A stretch of 64,000 bases of DNA, taken from NCBI GenBank assembly GCA_965204575.1, contig OZ241993.1, forward strand, positions 1,376,001-1,440,000. The letters are read 5' to 3'. This document shows, piece by piece, positions 23,586-34,791 of this stretch. The first letter of the stretch is position 1; each line of letters opens with the position of its first letter. The notes below the pieces were generated by a model. That model worked only from the letters and a program-made list of their open reading frames with translations, was not told the origin of the DNA and did no database searches. A program made the position numbers and the translations under genes. The DNA comes from an uncultured candidatus Porisulfidus sp. (GTDB lineage Bacteria; Pseudomonadota; Gammaproteobacteria; Poriferisulfidales; Poriferisulfidaceae).

Positions 23586-26555
23586 ATGCATCCCAAACTT
23601 GTTGCTATTCCCTGTTGTTTTCTGGGCGCAGTTCTCTGCGCCAATACTTTAGTGCTGGCCGAGGAGGAAGTTGAGGAAATTTCGGTCATCGGCACGCGCG
23701 ACCGTGAGCGCTCCGCTTCAGATCTGGCCGTCCCGGTCGACGTGGTGGACGGCGAGAGCATCGCGAGCCAGGGCTCGACCCGCATGGATCAGATGATCTC
23801 GACGATGATTCCGTCTTTCAACGTAGGCCAGCAGCCACTTAGTGACGCTGCGACCATCGTGCGGCCGGCGAACATGCGCGGCCTGGCGGCAGACTCTACG
23901 CTGGTGCTGATCAACGGCAAACGGCGCCATCGCGGCTCGATCATCACGTTTCTGGCGGCCGGAAACAACCAGGGCGCCCATGCCGTGGACATTGAGTCGA
24001 TCCCCTCGGTTGCCGTCGGCCATATGGAAGTGCTGCGGGACGGTGCCTCTGCGCAGTATGGTTCGGACGCGATCGCGGGCGTGATTAATTTCGTGCTGAG
24101 AGAGGACTCGGACGGCGGCGAACTCTCGGCCCGCTGGGGCAGCTACTATCAGGGGGATGGCGAGAACCTCATCCTCACCGCGAACAAGGGGCTGCCGCTG
24201 GGCGGCCGGGGTTTCCTCAATCTCAGCGGCGAATACCAGACATCCAAGCCGACGGTGCGTGCCGTGCAGCGCAACGATGCCGCGACCCTGGTGGCGGAAG
24301 GCAACAGATACGTGAAGGACCCGGTCATTGACTGGGGCGCACCGGACATTGATGACAACTACAAGTTGTTTGCCAACTCGGGGTTCGAGATCGGTGATAC
24401 TGCTGAAGTGTATGCGTTCGGCAGTTATGCGGAGCGGACCGTGGACGGGACGTTCTACTTCCGGAATCCTTATTCGCGAAGCGGGGTCTTTACCAGTGCG
24501 GAGAGTACGAAGGCGACCGAGAATACGAAGGCGACCACGTATGTGAATGTGGTGGACATGAGAGGGACCAAAATTTGGGGGATTGACGACGTTACGGTCG
24601 ATGGTAGGTCTTACGTGGCTAGGGTTGACGTTCTTGACGAGAATGACATGCCGGTAATGGAGGATGGCGAGAGGAAGAAGAAGAGAAGAGAAATTCCCGG
24701 CAAGCCCAAAGCTGTCATGAAGCCCAAAGTAGTTATGAAGCCTGGTGGTTATGAGGATAGAGGGTCACCAGCTATGCCCAAAAACGCAATGGATCTGGCT
24801 TATGACCAGTACGTTAAGGACCTAGAAAAATTTACTAATTACGAGGAGGCCCTCCAGGAATACAACGATTACCAGACCTATTCGAAGACCCGGCTCCGCG
24901 GGGACTGCCCCCAGGTGGAGAAGGAAATCGACCAAGAAACAGGGAAACAGGATCTCAGCGCGCTGGAAGATGAAGAGAATTGCTACGCCTTCATCGAACG
25001 CTTCCCCGGCGGCTTCACGCCGCGGTTCGGCGCGGACGTCGAAGACAAGAGTTTCGCGTTCGGCATCCGGGGCGGAGACCAGGGCGAGCTGACCTACGAC
25101 TTCAGCTTTGTCTGGGGCGAGCACGAATCCGACTTCTTCATCTACCGGACCATCAACCCTCAGTTGATCGGCGAGAGGAACGACATCCCGACGTACTACG
25201 ACCCGGGCGCTTATGTTGAAACCGACTACACCATGAACCTCGATTTCACCACCGAATTCGAGATGGCCGGGCTGGCGTCCCCGGTGCACATGGGCTTCGG
25301 GGCGGAATACCGCAAGGAAGAGTTCGAGATCAAGGCGGGAGAACCTAACTCCACGTTCATCAGGTATCGGAAGGACGCTGACGGGAATTACGAACTGGAT
25401 GAGGATGGGAACCGAATCCTGATGTTCCCGGATCTCGGGATCGCGAGCAACGGGTTCAACGGCTTTCGGCTCGAGGATGCCGGGAAGAATTCGCGCGCAT
25501 CGACGGCCGCCTATGTCGACTTCGAGGCCGACCTGAACGACCGCTTGATGGCCCAGATGGCGTTCCGGAACGAGAACCCGGACGACTTCGACTCTCGGAC
25601 GGATGGAAAATTCGCATTGCGATACCAGGCCACCGACATCACGGCGGTGCGCAGCTCGTTCAGCACGGGCTTCCGGGTGCCGACGGTCGGACAGGAGAAC
25701 GTCCGCAACACTACGACTGCGTTCAGCCAGGGCATGCTGACTGACCGGCTGACCTTGCCGGTGACGCATCCGGCCCTGTCGGTGCTAGGGTTGGCTCCAA
25801 AACTGGAAGAGGAAGAGGCGCAGAGTTTCGCGCTCGGCGGCGTGTTCGATTTAGACAATTGGGACCTCACGGTCGACTACTACCACATTGAGGTCGACGA
25901 CCGCATCGCGCAAAGTTCCGAACGGAGCCTGAGGGAGTTGATTGAAGGGACGGCTCCGGAAGATGCGAACTTGGCTGACTACGTGGAAGAAAAACTTAAG
26001 GAAATCGAGAAGTCTGCGCCGGATGTCCGTTCCATTGGCGAGGTCTTGTATTTCCAGAATTCCTACGACACGCGGACCGAGGGCGTGGATCTCGTCGCGA
26101 CCGGGTCGGTGGAGGCGTTCGATATGCCGGTGGATGTCCTGTTCGCGGCCAACTGGACGCAAACCGAAGTCACCCGGCACAAGGACAACATCAATGCCAA
26201 GCGGATTCGCCAGGTCGAACGGGGCACGCCGAAGTTCCGGGCGACGCTGACCACCCATCACTCTCGCGGGCCTTGGGATTTCATGGTGCGGGGACGCCTG
26301 TACGGATCGCACATCGAGTTCTCCACTGACGATAAAGACAAGCTGGTGGATGTCCAGGAGCGTTTGCTGTTTGATGTGGAGGCCACGTACCACTACCAGG
26401 ACAATTTCGAATTGATCCTGGGTGCGGAGAATGTCCTCGACAGGGATCCGACCCACAACCCGTATGCGGCCGAGACGGGCCTGGAGTTCCCCGAAAACCC
26501 GGTCATCGACAGCAGCGGTGGGTTCTACTACCTGAAGACCCGCTACCTGTTTTAG
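23586..26555 (+). CDS. TonB-dependent receptor (paralog 1)
   Basis: Signal peptide, TonB box EEISVIG, plug LVLINGKRRH and EVLRDGASAQYGSDAIAGVINF, C-terminal Phe. Confidence 0.93.
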   Translation: MHPKLVAIPCCFLGAVLCANTLVLAEEEVEEISVIGTRDRERSASDLAVPVDVVDGESIASQGSTRMDQMISTMIPSFNVGQQPLSDAATIVRPANMRGLAADSTLVLINGKRRHRGSIITFLAAGNNQGAHAVDIESIPSVAVGHMEVLRDGASAQYGSDAIAGVINFVLREDSDGGELSARWGSYYQGDGENLILTANKGLPLGGRGFLNLSGEYQTSKPTVRAVQRNDAATLVAEGNRYVKDPVIDWGAPDIDDNYKLFANSGFEIGDTAEVYAFGSYAERTVDGTFYFRNPYSRSGVFTSAESTKATENTKATTYVNVVDMRGTKIWGIDDVTVDGRSYVARVDVLDENDMPVMEDGERKKKRREIPGKPKAVMKPKVVMKPGGYEDRGSPAMPKNAMDLAYDQYVKDLEKFTNYEEALQEYNDYQTYSKTRLRGDCPQVEKEIDQETGKQDLSALEDEENCYAFIERFPGGFTPRFGADVEDKSFAFGIRGGDQGELTYDFSFVWGEHESDFFIYRTINPQLIGERNDIPTYYDPGAYVETDYTMNLDFTTEFEMAGLASPVHMGFGAEYRKEEFEIKAGEPNSTFIRYRKDADGNYELDEDGNRILMFPDLGIASNGFNGFRLEDAGKNSRASTAAYVDFEADLNDRLMAQMAFRNENPDDFDSRTDGKFALRYQATDITAVRSSFSTGFRVPTVGQENVRNTTTAFSQGMLTDRLTLPVTHPALSVLGLAPKLEEEEAQSFALGGVFDLDNWDLTVDYYHIEVDDRIAQSSERSLRELIEGTAPEDANLADYVEEKLKEIEKSAPDVRSIGEVLYFQNSYDTRTEGVDLVATGSVEAFDMPVDVLFAANWTQTEVTRHKDNINAKRIRQVERGTPKFRATLTTHHSRGPWDFMVRGRLYGSHIEFSTDDKDKLVDVQERLLFDVEATYHYQDNFELILGAENVLDRDPTHNPYAAETGLEFPENPVIDSSGGFYYLKTRYLF

Positions 26556-26574
26556 TTTTAACAGATTTTTAGGC

Positions 26575-26613
26575 ACCTGCATCCCTCCGGCATTCACCGG
26601 AGGTGATGCAGGT
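26575..26613 (+). terminator. Long stem-loop between the TBDR paralogs
   Basis: ACCTGCATC-CCTCCGG-cattca-CCGGAGG-T-GATGCAGGT followed by CTTT. Confidence 0.6.
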
Positions 26614-26662
26614 CTTTGCGTCTAGGTATATGATAGGGGCAGCCCGGTACTGAGAGGCTGAC

Positions 26663-29440
26663 ATGTGGTTCGCGAGAGTCGCCGCCTTTTCTAGCTGTTT
26701 CTTGGCAACAATTTTCTGCGGCAGTACCTTGGTGTTGGCCGAGGAAGACGTCGAAGAAATCTCGGTCGTCGGCTCGCGAAGCCACGAGCGCTCGGCCTCC
26801 GACCTGGCCGTTCCGGTGGATGTGCTGGACTCCAGCGAATTGACCCGACAGGGCGACTCCCGGATGGACTCCATGCTGTCCAGGATCGTGCCGTCCCTCA
26901 ACGTGAGCCAGGAACCGATCAGCGATGCCGCGACATTGGTGCGCCCGGCGCAGATGCGCGGCCTGTCCCCGGATTCGACCCTGGTGCTGGTCAACGGCAA
27001 GCGCCGCCACCGTTCCTCGATTATTTCGTTCCTGGTGGCGGGCGGATCGGAAGGCTCGCACGCCCCGGATCTCTCCGCGATTCCGGCTATTGCCCTCGAC
27101 CGGGTCGAAGTGCTGCGCGACGGTGCGGCGGCCCAGTACGGCTCCGACGCGGTGGCGGGGATTTTGAATTTCGTGCTGAAGGAAGAGGCGAAAGGGGGCA
27201 GCATAGAGGCTCGCTGGGGCCGATACTACCAAGGCGATGGTGAAAATGGCACCGTGTCGTGGAATTTCGGCTTGCCTCTGACGCAGGACGGCTTTCTCAA
27301 CGTCAGCGGCGAAATCAACGAGGCCAACCCGACCAGCCGCAGCGTGCAGAGGGATGATGCGCAGGCCCTGACCGATGCGGGCAACACGCATGTGCGCACG
27401 CCTGCGGCACAAGTGTGGGGCGCGCCGGAGATCGAGGACAACTACAAGCTTTTCGCAAATGCCGGCGTGGGATTGGGCGATTCTCACGAAGCCTATGCTT
27501 TTGGCAGTTACGCCGAGCGGACCGTTGAAGGCGGTTTCTACTACCGCCATCCGCACAAGCGGGGAGGAATTTTCGAGAACCCTGACTTTGCCGGAGAGAA
27601 GGTTCTGGTGGTCGATCATACCCCCTTGGATATGATCGATTGCCCTGAGATCGACATTGTCGACGGTGTCATCGATCCGGCCGATTTGGCGGAAGTGGAA
27701 GCAGAGGATGATTGTTTTGCCTTCCATTCGCGTTTCCCGGGCGGTTTCACACCGCAGTTCGGCGGAGATATCGAGGATTCAAGCATCGCGTTTGGATTGA
27801 AGGGCGAATTCTCCGACAACCTAACCTACGACATCAGTTACGTGACCGGCAAGCATGAGGTCGATTTCTTCATGAAAAACACCATCAATCCGCAGTTGGC
27901 ATCGATGGAGGTAGACATCCCGACCCTATACAAGCCGGGGGGCTATGCCGAGGAGGATTGGACGTTCAATCTGGATTTGACCACAGAGATTGATGTCGAG
28001 GCCTTCCACTCGCCGTTGAGCGTAGGGTTCGGTATGGAGTATCGCGAAGAGGAATACGAGATCAAGCCTGGTGAAGAACGTGCTTGGTTCATTGATTACA
28101 TCCATGCGGTCGCCGACGAAGACGCGGGAATCGAAGTGGGGGATGAATTCGACGAACCGGATCTTTTGTCGATCGGTTGCGATGACTACAGGGAGTTCGT
28201 GAACAAGATCGGTGATGGGGAGATCGAGGCCAAGTATCCGAATCTCGGCATCGGGTCCAATGGTTTTCCAGGCTTCCGGCCGGAGCCGTGCATCTCGAAC
28301 AAAAACGACCGTTCCAGTTTCGCCGCCTACGTGGACTTTGAGGCGGATGTGGCCGAGAACATGCTGATGGGGCTGGCAGTCCGCCATGAAGACGCGGAGA
28401 ATTTCGAATCGACTCTCGATGGAAAATTCTCGGCCCGCTTCCAGGCGACGGACAAAGTCGCCATTCGCGGCTCGTTCAGCACCGGTTTCCGGGTCCCCAC
28501 GGTGGGTCAGGCGGAAGTCCGCAACGTCACGACCACCCTGGTCGATGGCAAGTTGACTGATGAACTGACACTCCCGCCAACAGATGCTCTCTTGCAAGGC
28601 ATCGCCGAACCGTTGGAAGCGGAAGAGTCCGTCAGTTCCGCATTTGGCACGGTGTTCAATTTTGGAGCCCTCGACGTGACCGTCGACTACTATCACATCG
28701 AGGTCAAGGATCGGATTTCATTGACGTCGACGGAGTTTCTGGATTGCCTGCTGCTGGACAAGGCGGGGTTGCGGACCGGAGACGGCGGCGGAAGGAAATC
28801 GTGCGGGAAGGGCGAGGACTTCGATATCAACCTGAATGCGCTGGATCAGCCTACCTCGGCTCGGATTGCCGGGTTGAGGGACGAATTGCGCCCGGCAGTG
28901 CCCGCTATTGATTCCGTCAACCAAGTCCGCTACTTCGCCAACGACTTCGACACGACGACGGACGGCATCGACATCGTGGCGACCTATCCGGCGGAATTCT
29001 TCGGCAGCGTGACGCAGTTGACTTTTGCCGGGAACTACAACCGCACGACGGTCGACGAATTCGACCCCAAGACCATCTCGTCCCGGACCAAGCAGCAAAT
29101 CGAAGAGGGTCGGCCGAAGATCCGCTGGTCACTGACCGCCGACCGCCAGGAGGGTCCCTGGCGAATACTGGGCCGGGTGCGGTACTACGGGACCCACGTT
29201 GATTACCACGCCCTGAGCGCCAGCTTGTTCCAGAGGGTGGATGCCCGTTTCCTGACGGATCTTGAGGTGGGCTACAACCTGACCGAGGACCTTAGTTTCG
29301 TCGTGGGGGCTGAGAACCTGTTGGACGAAGAGCCGTCGAAAAACATCTACGATAGAATTCTAGGTGCTGAGTACCCGGAATCGATCCCGTTCGACTACAA
29401 CGGCGGGTTTTACTACTTCAAGGCCGTCGCGAACTTCTAA
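26663..29440 (+). CDS. TonB-dependent receptor (paralog 2)
   Basis: Same architecture as paralog 1 and clearly homologous (ERSASDLAVPVDV, RFPGGFTP.FG, FSTGFRVPTVGQ); C-terminal Phe. Confidence 0.93.
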   Translation: MWFARVAAFSSCFLATIFCGSTLVLAEEDVEEISVVGSRSHERSASDLAVPVDVLDSSELTRQGDSRMDSMLSRIVPSLNVSQEPISDAATLVRPAQMRGLSPDSTLVLVNGKRRHRSSIISFLVAGGSEGSHAPDLSAIPAIALDRVEVLRDGAAAQYGSDAVAGILNFVLKEEAKGGSIEARWGRYYQGDGENGTVSWNFGLPLTQDGFLNVSGEINEANPTSRSVQRDDAQALTDAGNTHVRTPAAQVWGAPEIEDNYKLFANAGVGLGDSHEAYAFGSYAERTVEGGFYYRHPHKRGGIFENPDFAGEKVLVVDHTPLDMIDCPEIDIVDGVIDPADLAEVEAEDDCFAFHSRFPGGFTPQFGGDIEDSSIAFGLKGEFSDNLTYDISYVTGKHEVDFFMKNTINPQLASMEVDIPTLYKPGGYAEEDWTFNLDLTTEIDVEAFHSPLSVGFGMEYREEEYEIKPGEERAWFIDYIHAVADEDAGIEVGDEFDEPDLLSIGCDDYREFVNKIGDGEIEAKYPNLGIGSNGFPGFRPEPCISNKNDRSSFAAYVDFEADVAENMLMGLAVRHEDAENFESTLDGKFSARFQATDKVAIRGSFSTGFRVPTVGQAEVRNVTTTLVDGKLTDELTLPPTDALLQGIAEPLEAEESVSSAFGTVFNFGALDVTVDYYHIEVKDRISLTSTEFLDCLLLDKAGLRTGDGGGRKSCGKGEDFDINLNALDQPTSARIAGLRDELRPAVPAIDSVNQVRYFANDFDTTTDGIDIVATYPAEFFGSVTQLTFAGNYNRTTVDEFDPKTISSRTKQQIEEGRPKIRWSLTADRQEGPWRILGRVRYYGTHVDYHALSASLFQRVDARFLTDLEVGYNLTEDLSFVVGAENLLDEEPSKNIYDRILGAEYPESIPFDYNGGFYYFKAVANF

Positions 29441-29462
29441 GCCGAAGGGACGGGTCCAGGCG

Positions 29463-30488
29463 TCAGGCGCGGTTGTCCGGCTCTTTCGCAGGGCCCAGCA
29501 GGATGGCTGCGCCCTGGGTGTTCGGGTTGGATTCCAGTGCGAGCTTGATGATGACGGTCAGCGGGATCGAAAGCAGCATGCCGACCGGCCCGAGCAGCCA
29601 GCCCCAAAAGACCAGGGACAGGAACACCACCAGGACCGACAGGCCCAGGCGTCGGCCCATCAGGTGCGCCTCAAGAAATTGGCCGATGGCCGTGTTGATG
29701 ACGACGTAGCCAAGAATCACGGGTACCGTCATGGCGGCTCCGAGTTGCAACCAGGCCAGCAGGACGGCCGGGATGGCGGCCAGGATGGAGCCGACGTTGG
29801 GGATGTAGTTCAGCAGAAAGGCGACCAGCCCCCAAAGGATGGCATGGTCGAGGCCGAGCAATGCCAGCCATCCGGCGACCAGCACCCCGGTCAATAGGCT
29901 GGTCAGCGTTTTCGTGGCAAGGTAGCGGTTGACGCTGTCGGTGAACTGGTTCAGGGCGAAACCGGAATCCGAACCCTCGAAGGCCCGCTGGATCTTTTTG
30001 GGCAGCTCAAAAGCTTCCAGAAGGATGAATGCCACCGCCAAGAGAATCAGCAAGGCATTGGTCAGAAGCGCGCCGAACCCGCTGAGGAGGTCGGCCACCA
30101 GATTGAGGAAGAACGAGGGGTCTAGGTAGGACGACAGTCCGGCATCCAGTTCGACCCAGCCTTGTTGCGAAAGCCACTGCCCCACGTGCTCCACGTGTTC
30201 CCGAAGTTGCTCGTAGTAGATGGGCGTGGTCTGGCGGAAGCCGGTGATGGACGCACCGATCAAGGCGGCGAACCCGACGCCTGCGGCAATCAGGCCTGCG
30301 ATCACGGTCATCAGGGCGAGCAGGTTGGGGAGCCCGCGCTCCCGCAGCCATTTCATGGGCGGTTCGCACGCGATGGCGATGAAGATCGCGAGCAGGAAGG
30401 GGACGACGATCTCGCGTGCTTGCTGCAAGGCGGCGGCCACGATGACGAAGCACGTGACGGCCAGCAGGGTCTTGAGGGATGTGGACAC
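29463..30488 (-). CDS. AI-2E family transporter
   Basis: Multi-TM protein, LLNYIPNVGS, SLVFWGWLLGPVGMLLSIPLT. Confidence 0.88.
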   Translation of the reverse strand: MSTSLKTLLAVTCFVIVAAALQQAREIVVPFLLAIFIAIACEPPMKWLRERGLPNLLALMTVIAGLIAAGVGFAALIGASITGFRQTTPIYYEQLREHVEHVGQWLSQQGWVELDAGLSSYLDPSFFLNLVADLLSGFGALLTNALLILLAVAFILLEAFELPKKIQRAFEGSDSGFALNQFTDSVNRYLATKTLTSLLTGVLVAGWLALLGLDHAILWGLVAFLLNYIPNVGSILAAIPAVLLAWLQLGAAMTVPVILGYVVINTAIGQFLEAHLMGRRLGLSVLVVFLSLVFWGWLLGPVGMLLSIPLTVIIKLALESNPNTQGAAILLGPAKEPDNRA

Positions 30489-30501
30489 GTCGCGATAGGC
30501 C

Positions 30502-31722
30502 CTAGGCGGTATCCAGGAGCTCGGCCTTCGGCTTGCCCAGCGTCGCCTTCAGGATGAAGAACCCGATCAGCGCCGACAGCAGGGAGCCCAGCATGATGCC
30601 GATCTTGTCCTCCACGATCAACGCGGGCATGTCGCCGTGCGCCAAAGTGGAGACGAACAGGCTCATGGTGAACCCGATGCCGCACAGGAAGGACATGCCG
30701 AGGAACGCCGGCCAGTGCACGCCGCTTGGCAGGGAGCCGAGTCTAAGCGCCGCCCCCAGCGCGGCGAACAGGCAGATTCCGATGGGCTTGCCGATCAGCA
30801 GCCCCAGCAGGACCCCGAGCGTAAGCGCGTCACCCAGGTCGGCGGGCTTCGTGTCCCACAGATAAATTCCGGCGTTGCAGAAAGCAAAGACGGGCAGGAT
30901 CCCGAAAGCGACCCAGCCGTGAAATTGGTTTTCCAACCGAGTCAGCGGGGAGTACTGGTGGTCGTGCGGAACATGGGTCGGGATCGTGAACGCCAGGAGG
31001 ATGCCGGCCATGGTGGCATGGACTCCGGACTTCAGGATGAAATACCACAAGACCACTCCGATCAGGAGGTAGGGGATGGCGCTGCTGACCTTGAATCGAT
31101 TGAGCCCGACCAGGACCACCAGGCACAATGCGGCATAGCGCAAGGCTTCCATCGACAACTCTTCGGAATAGTACAAGGCGATGATCAGCACGGCGCCAAG
31201 GTCGTCCAGGATCGCGATCGCGAGGAGGAAGATCTTGAGTCCGTAAGGGACCCGCGGGCCGAGCAGCATCAATACGCCCAATGCAAACGCGATGTCGGTT
31301 GCGGTGGGGATGGCCCAGCCCCGCATGGCGACTGGATCCTGGTAGTTGAGGCTGGTGAACAGCAAAGCGGGCACCAGCATGCCGCCGATGGCGGCGAAGG
31401 CCGGCGAGATGGCGCGGTCGACGGAGGCCAGGTGTCCCTCCATGAATTCGCGTTTGAGTTCCAGTCCGATGACGAAGAAGAAGATCGCCATCAGGAGGTC
31501 GTTGACCCACAGCAGCAGGGTCTTGTGCAGGGCGACGGGCCCGACCACCAGGGAGATCGGCGTATGCAGGAAATTCTCGTACCAGTCGTGTGCGCCGAAA
31601 TTGGTCAGGAGGATGGCGGCGGCGGCGGACGACACCAGCACGACGCTGCTGAAGGCTTCGGTTTTCCGGAAATGGCGCAGGGTATCCCGGACGTACTCGA
31701 AAGCCGAGATCAGAATTTGCAT
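30502..31722 (-). CDS. nhaA: Na+/H+ antiporter NhaA
   Basis: WVNDLLMAIFF, GWAIPTATDIAFA, AILDDLG, GIGFTMSLF. Confidence 0.95.
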   Translation of the reverse strand: MQILISAFEYVRDTLRHFRKTEAFSSVVLVSSAAAAILLTNFGAHDWYENFLHTPISLVVGPVALHKTLLLWVNDLLMAIFFFVIGLELKREFMEGHLASVDRAISPAFAAIGGMLVPALLFTSLNYQDPVAMRGWAIPTATDIAFALGVLMLLGPRVPYGLKIFLLAIAILDDLGAVLIIALYYSEELSMEALRYAALCLVVLVGLNRFKVSSAIPYLLIGVVLWYFILKSGVHATMAGILLAFTIPTHVPHDHQYSPLTRLENQFHGWVAFGILPVFAFCNAGIYLWDTKPADLGDALTLGVLLGLLIGKPIGICLFAALGAALRLGSLPSGVHWPAFLGMSFLCGIGFTMSLFVSTLAHGDMPALIVEDKIGIMLGSLLSALIGFFILKATLGKPKAELLDTA

Positions 31723-31845
31723 GGAAATCTTCGAAGAAAGAAAATTCTTGGATTTGCGACACTATTGTAACTGTCCGCGTGCAGGGAAACGGGTGCCCGG
31801 TGATAATATGCGCCGCACGGACTTTCCGAATACTTAGCCTTTCAC

Positions 31846-34281
31846 ATGCAGGAACGCTACGACCCCGAAGCCGTAGAACAGGAAGCCCAAAAATACTGGC
31901 GGGAAAACGATTGCTTCTCCGCGCAGGAGAAGCCGGGCGAGCGCAAGTTCTACTGCCTGTCCATGTTTCCATACCCCAGCGGCCGGTTGCACATGGGGCA
32001 TGTGCGCAACTACACGATCGGAGACGCCATTGCACGCTTCCGCCGGATGCGCGGCGACAACGTGTTGCAGCCGATGGGGTGGGACGCCTTCGGCCTGCCT
32101 GCCGAGAATGCCGCGCTGGAACGCAAGGTCCTCCCCAGCGCCTGGACCCGGGAGAACATCCAGGCCATGCGCGAACAGTTGCAGCGTCTCGGGTTCGGCT
32201 ACGACTGGGGACGCGAGCTGGCGACCTGCGACCCGGAATACTATCGGTGGGAACAGTGGTTCTTCATCTGCCTGTTCAAAAAGGGCCTGGCCTACCGGAA
32301 AAAGGCGCTGGTCAACTGGGACCCGGTCGATCAGACCGTGTTGGCCAACGAACAGGTCATCGAAGGGCGCGGCTGGCGTTCCGGTGCCGTCGTCGAGCAG
32401 CGGGAAATCGAACAGTGGTTCCTGCGGATCACGGACTATGCCGAGGAATTGCTGGCTGACCTGGATCAGTTGGAGGGCCGGTGGCCGCCCCAGGTGCTGC
32501 AAATGCAGCGCAACTGGATCGGTCGTTCGGAAGGGGTGGAGATCCGGTTTGACCTGGAGGGGCGGGAAGAACCGCTGACGGTGTTCACCACGCGCCCGGA
32601 CACCTTGATGGGAACCACCTACATGGCACTCGCCCCCGGGCATCCCATTGTTCAGGAAATATCTAGATCTAACAAAGAGTTGAAAGACTTTCTTAACCAA
32701 TCTGCCCAGACTTCCGAGGAATCGCTCCGGGATCGAGAGGGACATCCGCTCGGGCTGAATGCGTTGCACCCGCTGACCGGCGAGGCGCTGCCCGTGTGGG
32801 TGGCCAGTTTCGTGTTGATGGAATACGGCTCCGGGGCGGTGATGTCGGTGCCGGCCCACGACCAGCGCGATTGGGAGTTCGCGCGACATCATGGCTTGCC
32901 GATCCGGCAGGTGATCGCTCCATCCGACGGCTCGGAAGCCGATCTTGATGCCGAAGCCTATGTGGACTGGGGCGTACTGGTCAATTCCGGGGAATTCGAC
33001 GGGCTGAGTTCCGGGGAAGGCTACGCCGCCATTGCTCAGCGGCTGTCCGAGCAGGGCTATGGAGAGTCCGTGGTGCGCTACCGGCTGCATGACTGGGGCG
33101 TGTCTCGGCAGCGCCGCTGGGGCTGCCCGGTGCCAATGATCCACTGCGAGGAATGCGGTGTGGTGCCGGTTCCGGAAGAAGACCTGCCGGTGGTTCTCGA
33201 CGAGGCCCTGCCGCCGGAGGCGGATCTCCCCGAGAGCTGGCGGGTCGTGAAATGTCCGAAGTGCGGCAGGCCGGCGCAGCGGGATACGGACACGTTCGAC
33301 ACGTTCGTCGAATCCAGTTGGTACCAGGCGCGATTCTGTTCGCCCGATGCCGATGACGCCATGCTGGACGATCGCGCGCGTTACTGGCTGCCGGTCGACC
33401 AGTACATCGGGGGGATCGAACATGCCATCCTGCATCTCCTGTACGCGCGGTTTTTCCACAAGCTGATGCGTGACGAGGGGCTGGTCGACGGCGACGAGCC
33501 ATTTGCGCACCTTCTGACCCAGGGCATGGTGCTCAAGGACGGGCACAAGATGTCGAAGTCGGGGAGCAACGTGGTCGACCCGGAACCGTTGATCGAGCGC
33601 TACGGCGCGGACACGGTGCGCCTGTTCATGCTGTTCGCGTCGCCGCCCGAACATACGCTGGAGTGGTCCGACAGCGGGGTCGAGGGGTGTTCGAGGTTCC
33701 TCAAGCGGTTCTGGCGATTCGCCTGCCAGCACCGGGATTGCGCGTCTGCAGAAGGCGTTGGTGCGGGCGGGCTTGATTCACAGCAGGAGGCATTACGCCG
33801 CAAACTGCATGAAACGATCCAGAAGGCGGGCCGCGTGGTCGAGCAACGGCATACGTTCAACACGGCGATTGCCGCCAACATGGAACTGCTCAACGATCTG
33901 ATGCGCCTTTCCGAGGACGGCAAGGCGGAGCCGGGCCTGGTGCGCGAGTGCCTGGAGGCGATGCTTCGCATGCTGGCGCCGGCCACCCCGCATCTGACTC
34001 ATGTGCTGTGGCATGAATTCGGGTTTGCCGGGGTGGTTTTGGATCAGCCTTGGCCGGAAGCGGATGAATCCGCCCTGCAGCGCTCGGTCGAGCAGATCGT
34101 GGTCCAGGTGAACGGCAAGGTCCGGGCGCAGCTGGAACTTTCAGTCGATATCGGCGAGGACGAGTTGCAGCAGAAAGTGTTGGATAATGCTAAAGTGCAA
34201 CGCTTCATTGAAGGAAAAACCGTGGTTCGTTTCATCCAGGTCCCGCACAAGCTCGTCAATGTCGTGGTGCGTGATGCATAG
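31846..34281 (+). CDS. leuS: Leucine--tRNA ligase
   Basis: [24 protein letters not shown]. Confidence 0.98.
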   Translation: MQERYDPEAVEQEAQKYWRENDCFSAQEKPGERKFYCLSMFPYPSGRLHMGHVRNYTIGDAIARFRRMRGDNVLQPMGWDAFGLPAENAALERKVLPSAWTRENIQAMREQLQRLGFGYDWGRELATCDPEYYRWEQWFFICLFKKGLAYRKKALVNWDPVDQTVLANEQVIEGRGWRSGAVVEQREIEQWFLRITDYAEELLADLDQLEGRWPPQVLQMQRNWIGRSEGVEIRFDLEGREEPLTVFTTRPDTLMGTTYMALAPGHPIVQEISRSNKELKDFLNQSAQTSEESLRDREGHPLGLNALHPLTGEALPVWVASFVLMEYGSGAVMSVPAHDQRDWEFARHHGLPIRQVIAPSDGSEADLDAEAYVDWGVLVNSGEFDGLSSGEGYAAIAQRLSEQGYGESVVRYRLHDWGVSRQRRWGCPVPMIHCEECGVVPVPEEDLPVVLDEALPPEADLPESWRVVKCPKCGRPAQRDTDTFDTFVESSWYQARFCSPDADDAMLDDRARYWLPVDQYIGGIEHAILHLLYARFFHKLMRDEGLVDGDEPFAHLLTQGMVLKDGHKMSKSGSNVVDPEPLIERYGADTVRLFMLFASPPEHTLEWSDSGVEGCSRFLKRFWRFACQHRDCASAEGVGAGGLDSQQEALRRKLHETIQKAGRVVEQRHTFNTAIAANMELLNDLMRLSEDGKAEPGLVRECLEAMLRMLAPATPHLTHVLWHEFGFAGVVLDQPWPEADESALQRSVEQIVVQVNGKVRAQLELSVDIGEDELQQKVLDNAKVQRFIEGKTVVRFIQVPHKLVNVVVRDA

Positions 34282-34768
34282 GGGTCCTTTCCTGCTGGGT
34301 GCGGCTTTCTGCCTGGCTTTTAGCGGGTGCGGATTCCAGTTGGCAGATTCCAAGGGGATCGCGACCAAGATCCCACAAGCCTCGTTGCAACTGGTCGGGG
34401 GGTCTCCGGGGTTCCGCCAGGTACTCAAGCGCAGGCTGCGCGGCGGCGGCGTCAAGGTGGTGAAAGGCGACGCGGCGGCCGATCTGATCGTTTACCTGGA
34501 AGGCCCGCAGGAACGCCACCAGGTCATCGCCGTGACCACCGACATGGACGCCCGCGAATATGAAGTCGGGTTGCACTTGACCGTTCGCCTGCAGCGCCCG
34601 GGCGAAAAGCCGTCGGTGCCAGCCACCATGTCACGCTACCGGCACTGGCTGTTTGATTCGGAGGACTACCTCGCGGCTGACGAGGCTCGCGCGGTCCTGA
34701 AGAAGGAACTGAGCGGGGAATTGATCGAGGCGCTTTTGTTGCGCATCCGCGCCTATGCCGAGCAGTAG
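34274..34768 (+). CDS. lptE: LPS-assembly lipoprotein LptE
   Basis: Lipobox FSGC followed by GFQL, AREY motif, directly after leuS. Confidence 0.8.
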   Translation: MHRGPFLLGAAFCLAFSGCGFQLADSKGIATKIPQASLQLVGGSPGFRQVLKRRLRGGGVKVVKGDAAADLIVYLEGPQERHQVIAVTTDMDAREYEVGLHLTVRLQRPGEKPSVPATMSRYRHWLFDSEDYLAADEARAVLKKELSGELIEALLLRIRAYAEQ

Positions 34769-34791
34769 CAGCAGTCGCTCCTGAGGGAAGC

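Noticed and set aside
23552-26579. TAGGCACCTG present upstream of both TBDRs as a possible sigma-54 or operator site
   Set aside because: No correctly spaced -12 TTGC; the second copy is part of the hairpin and at a different distance from the ATG
32650-32710. AT-rich patch within leuS
   Set aside because: Short, in frame, and in a variable part of the editing domain
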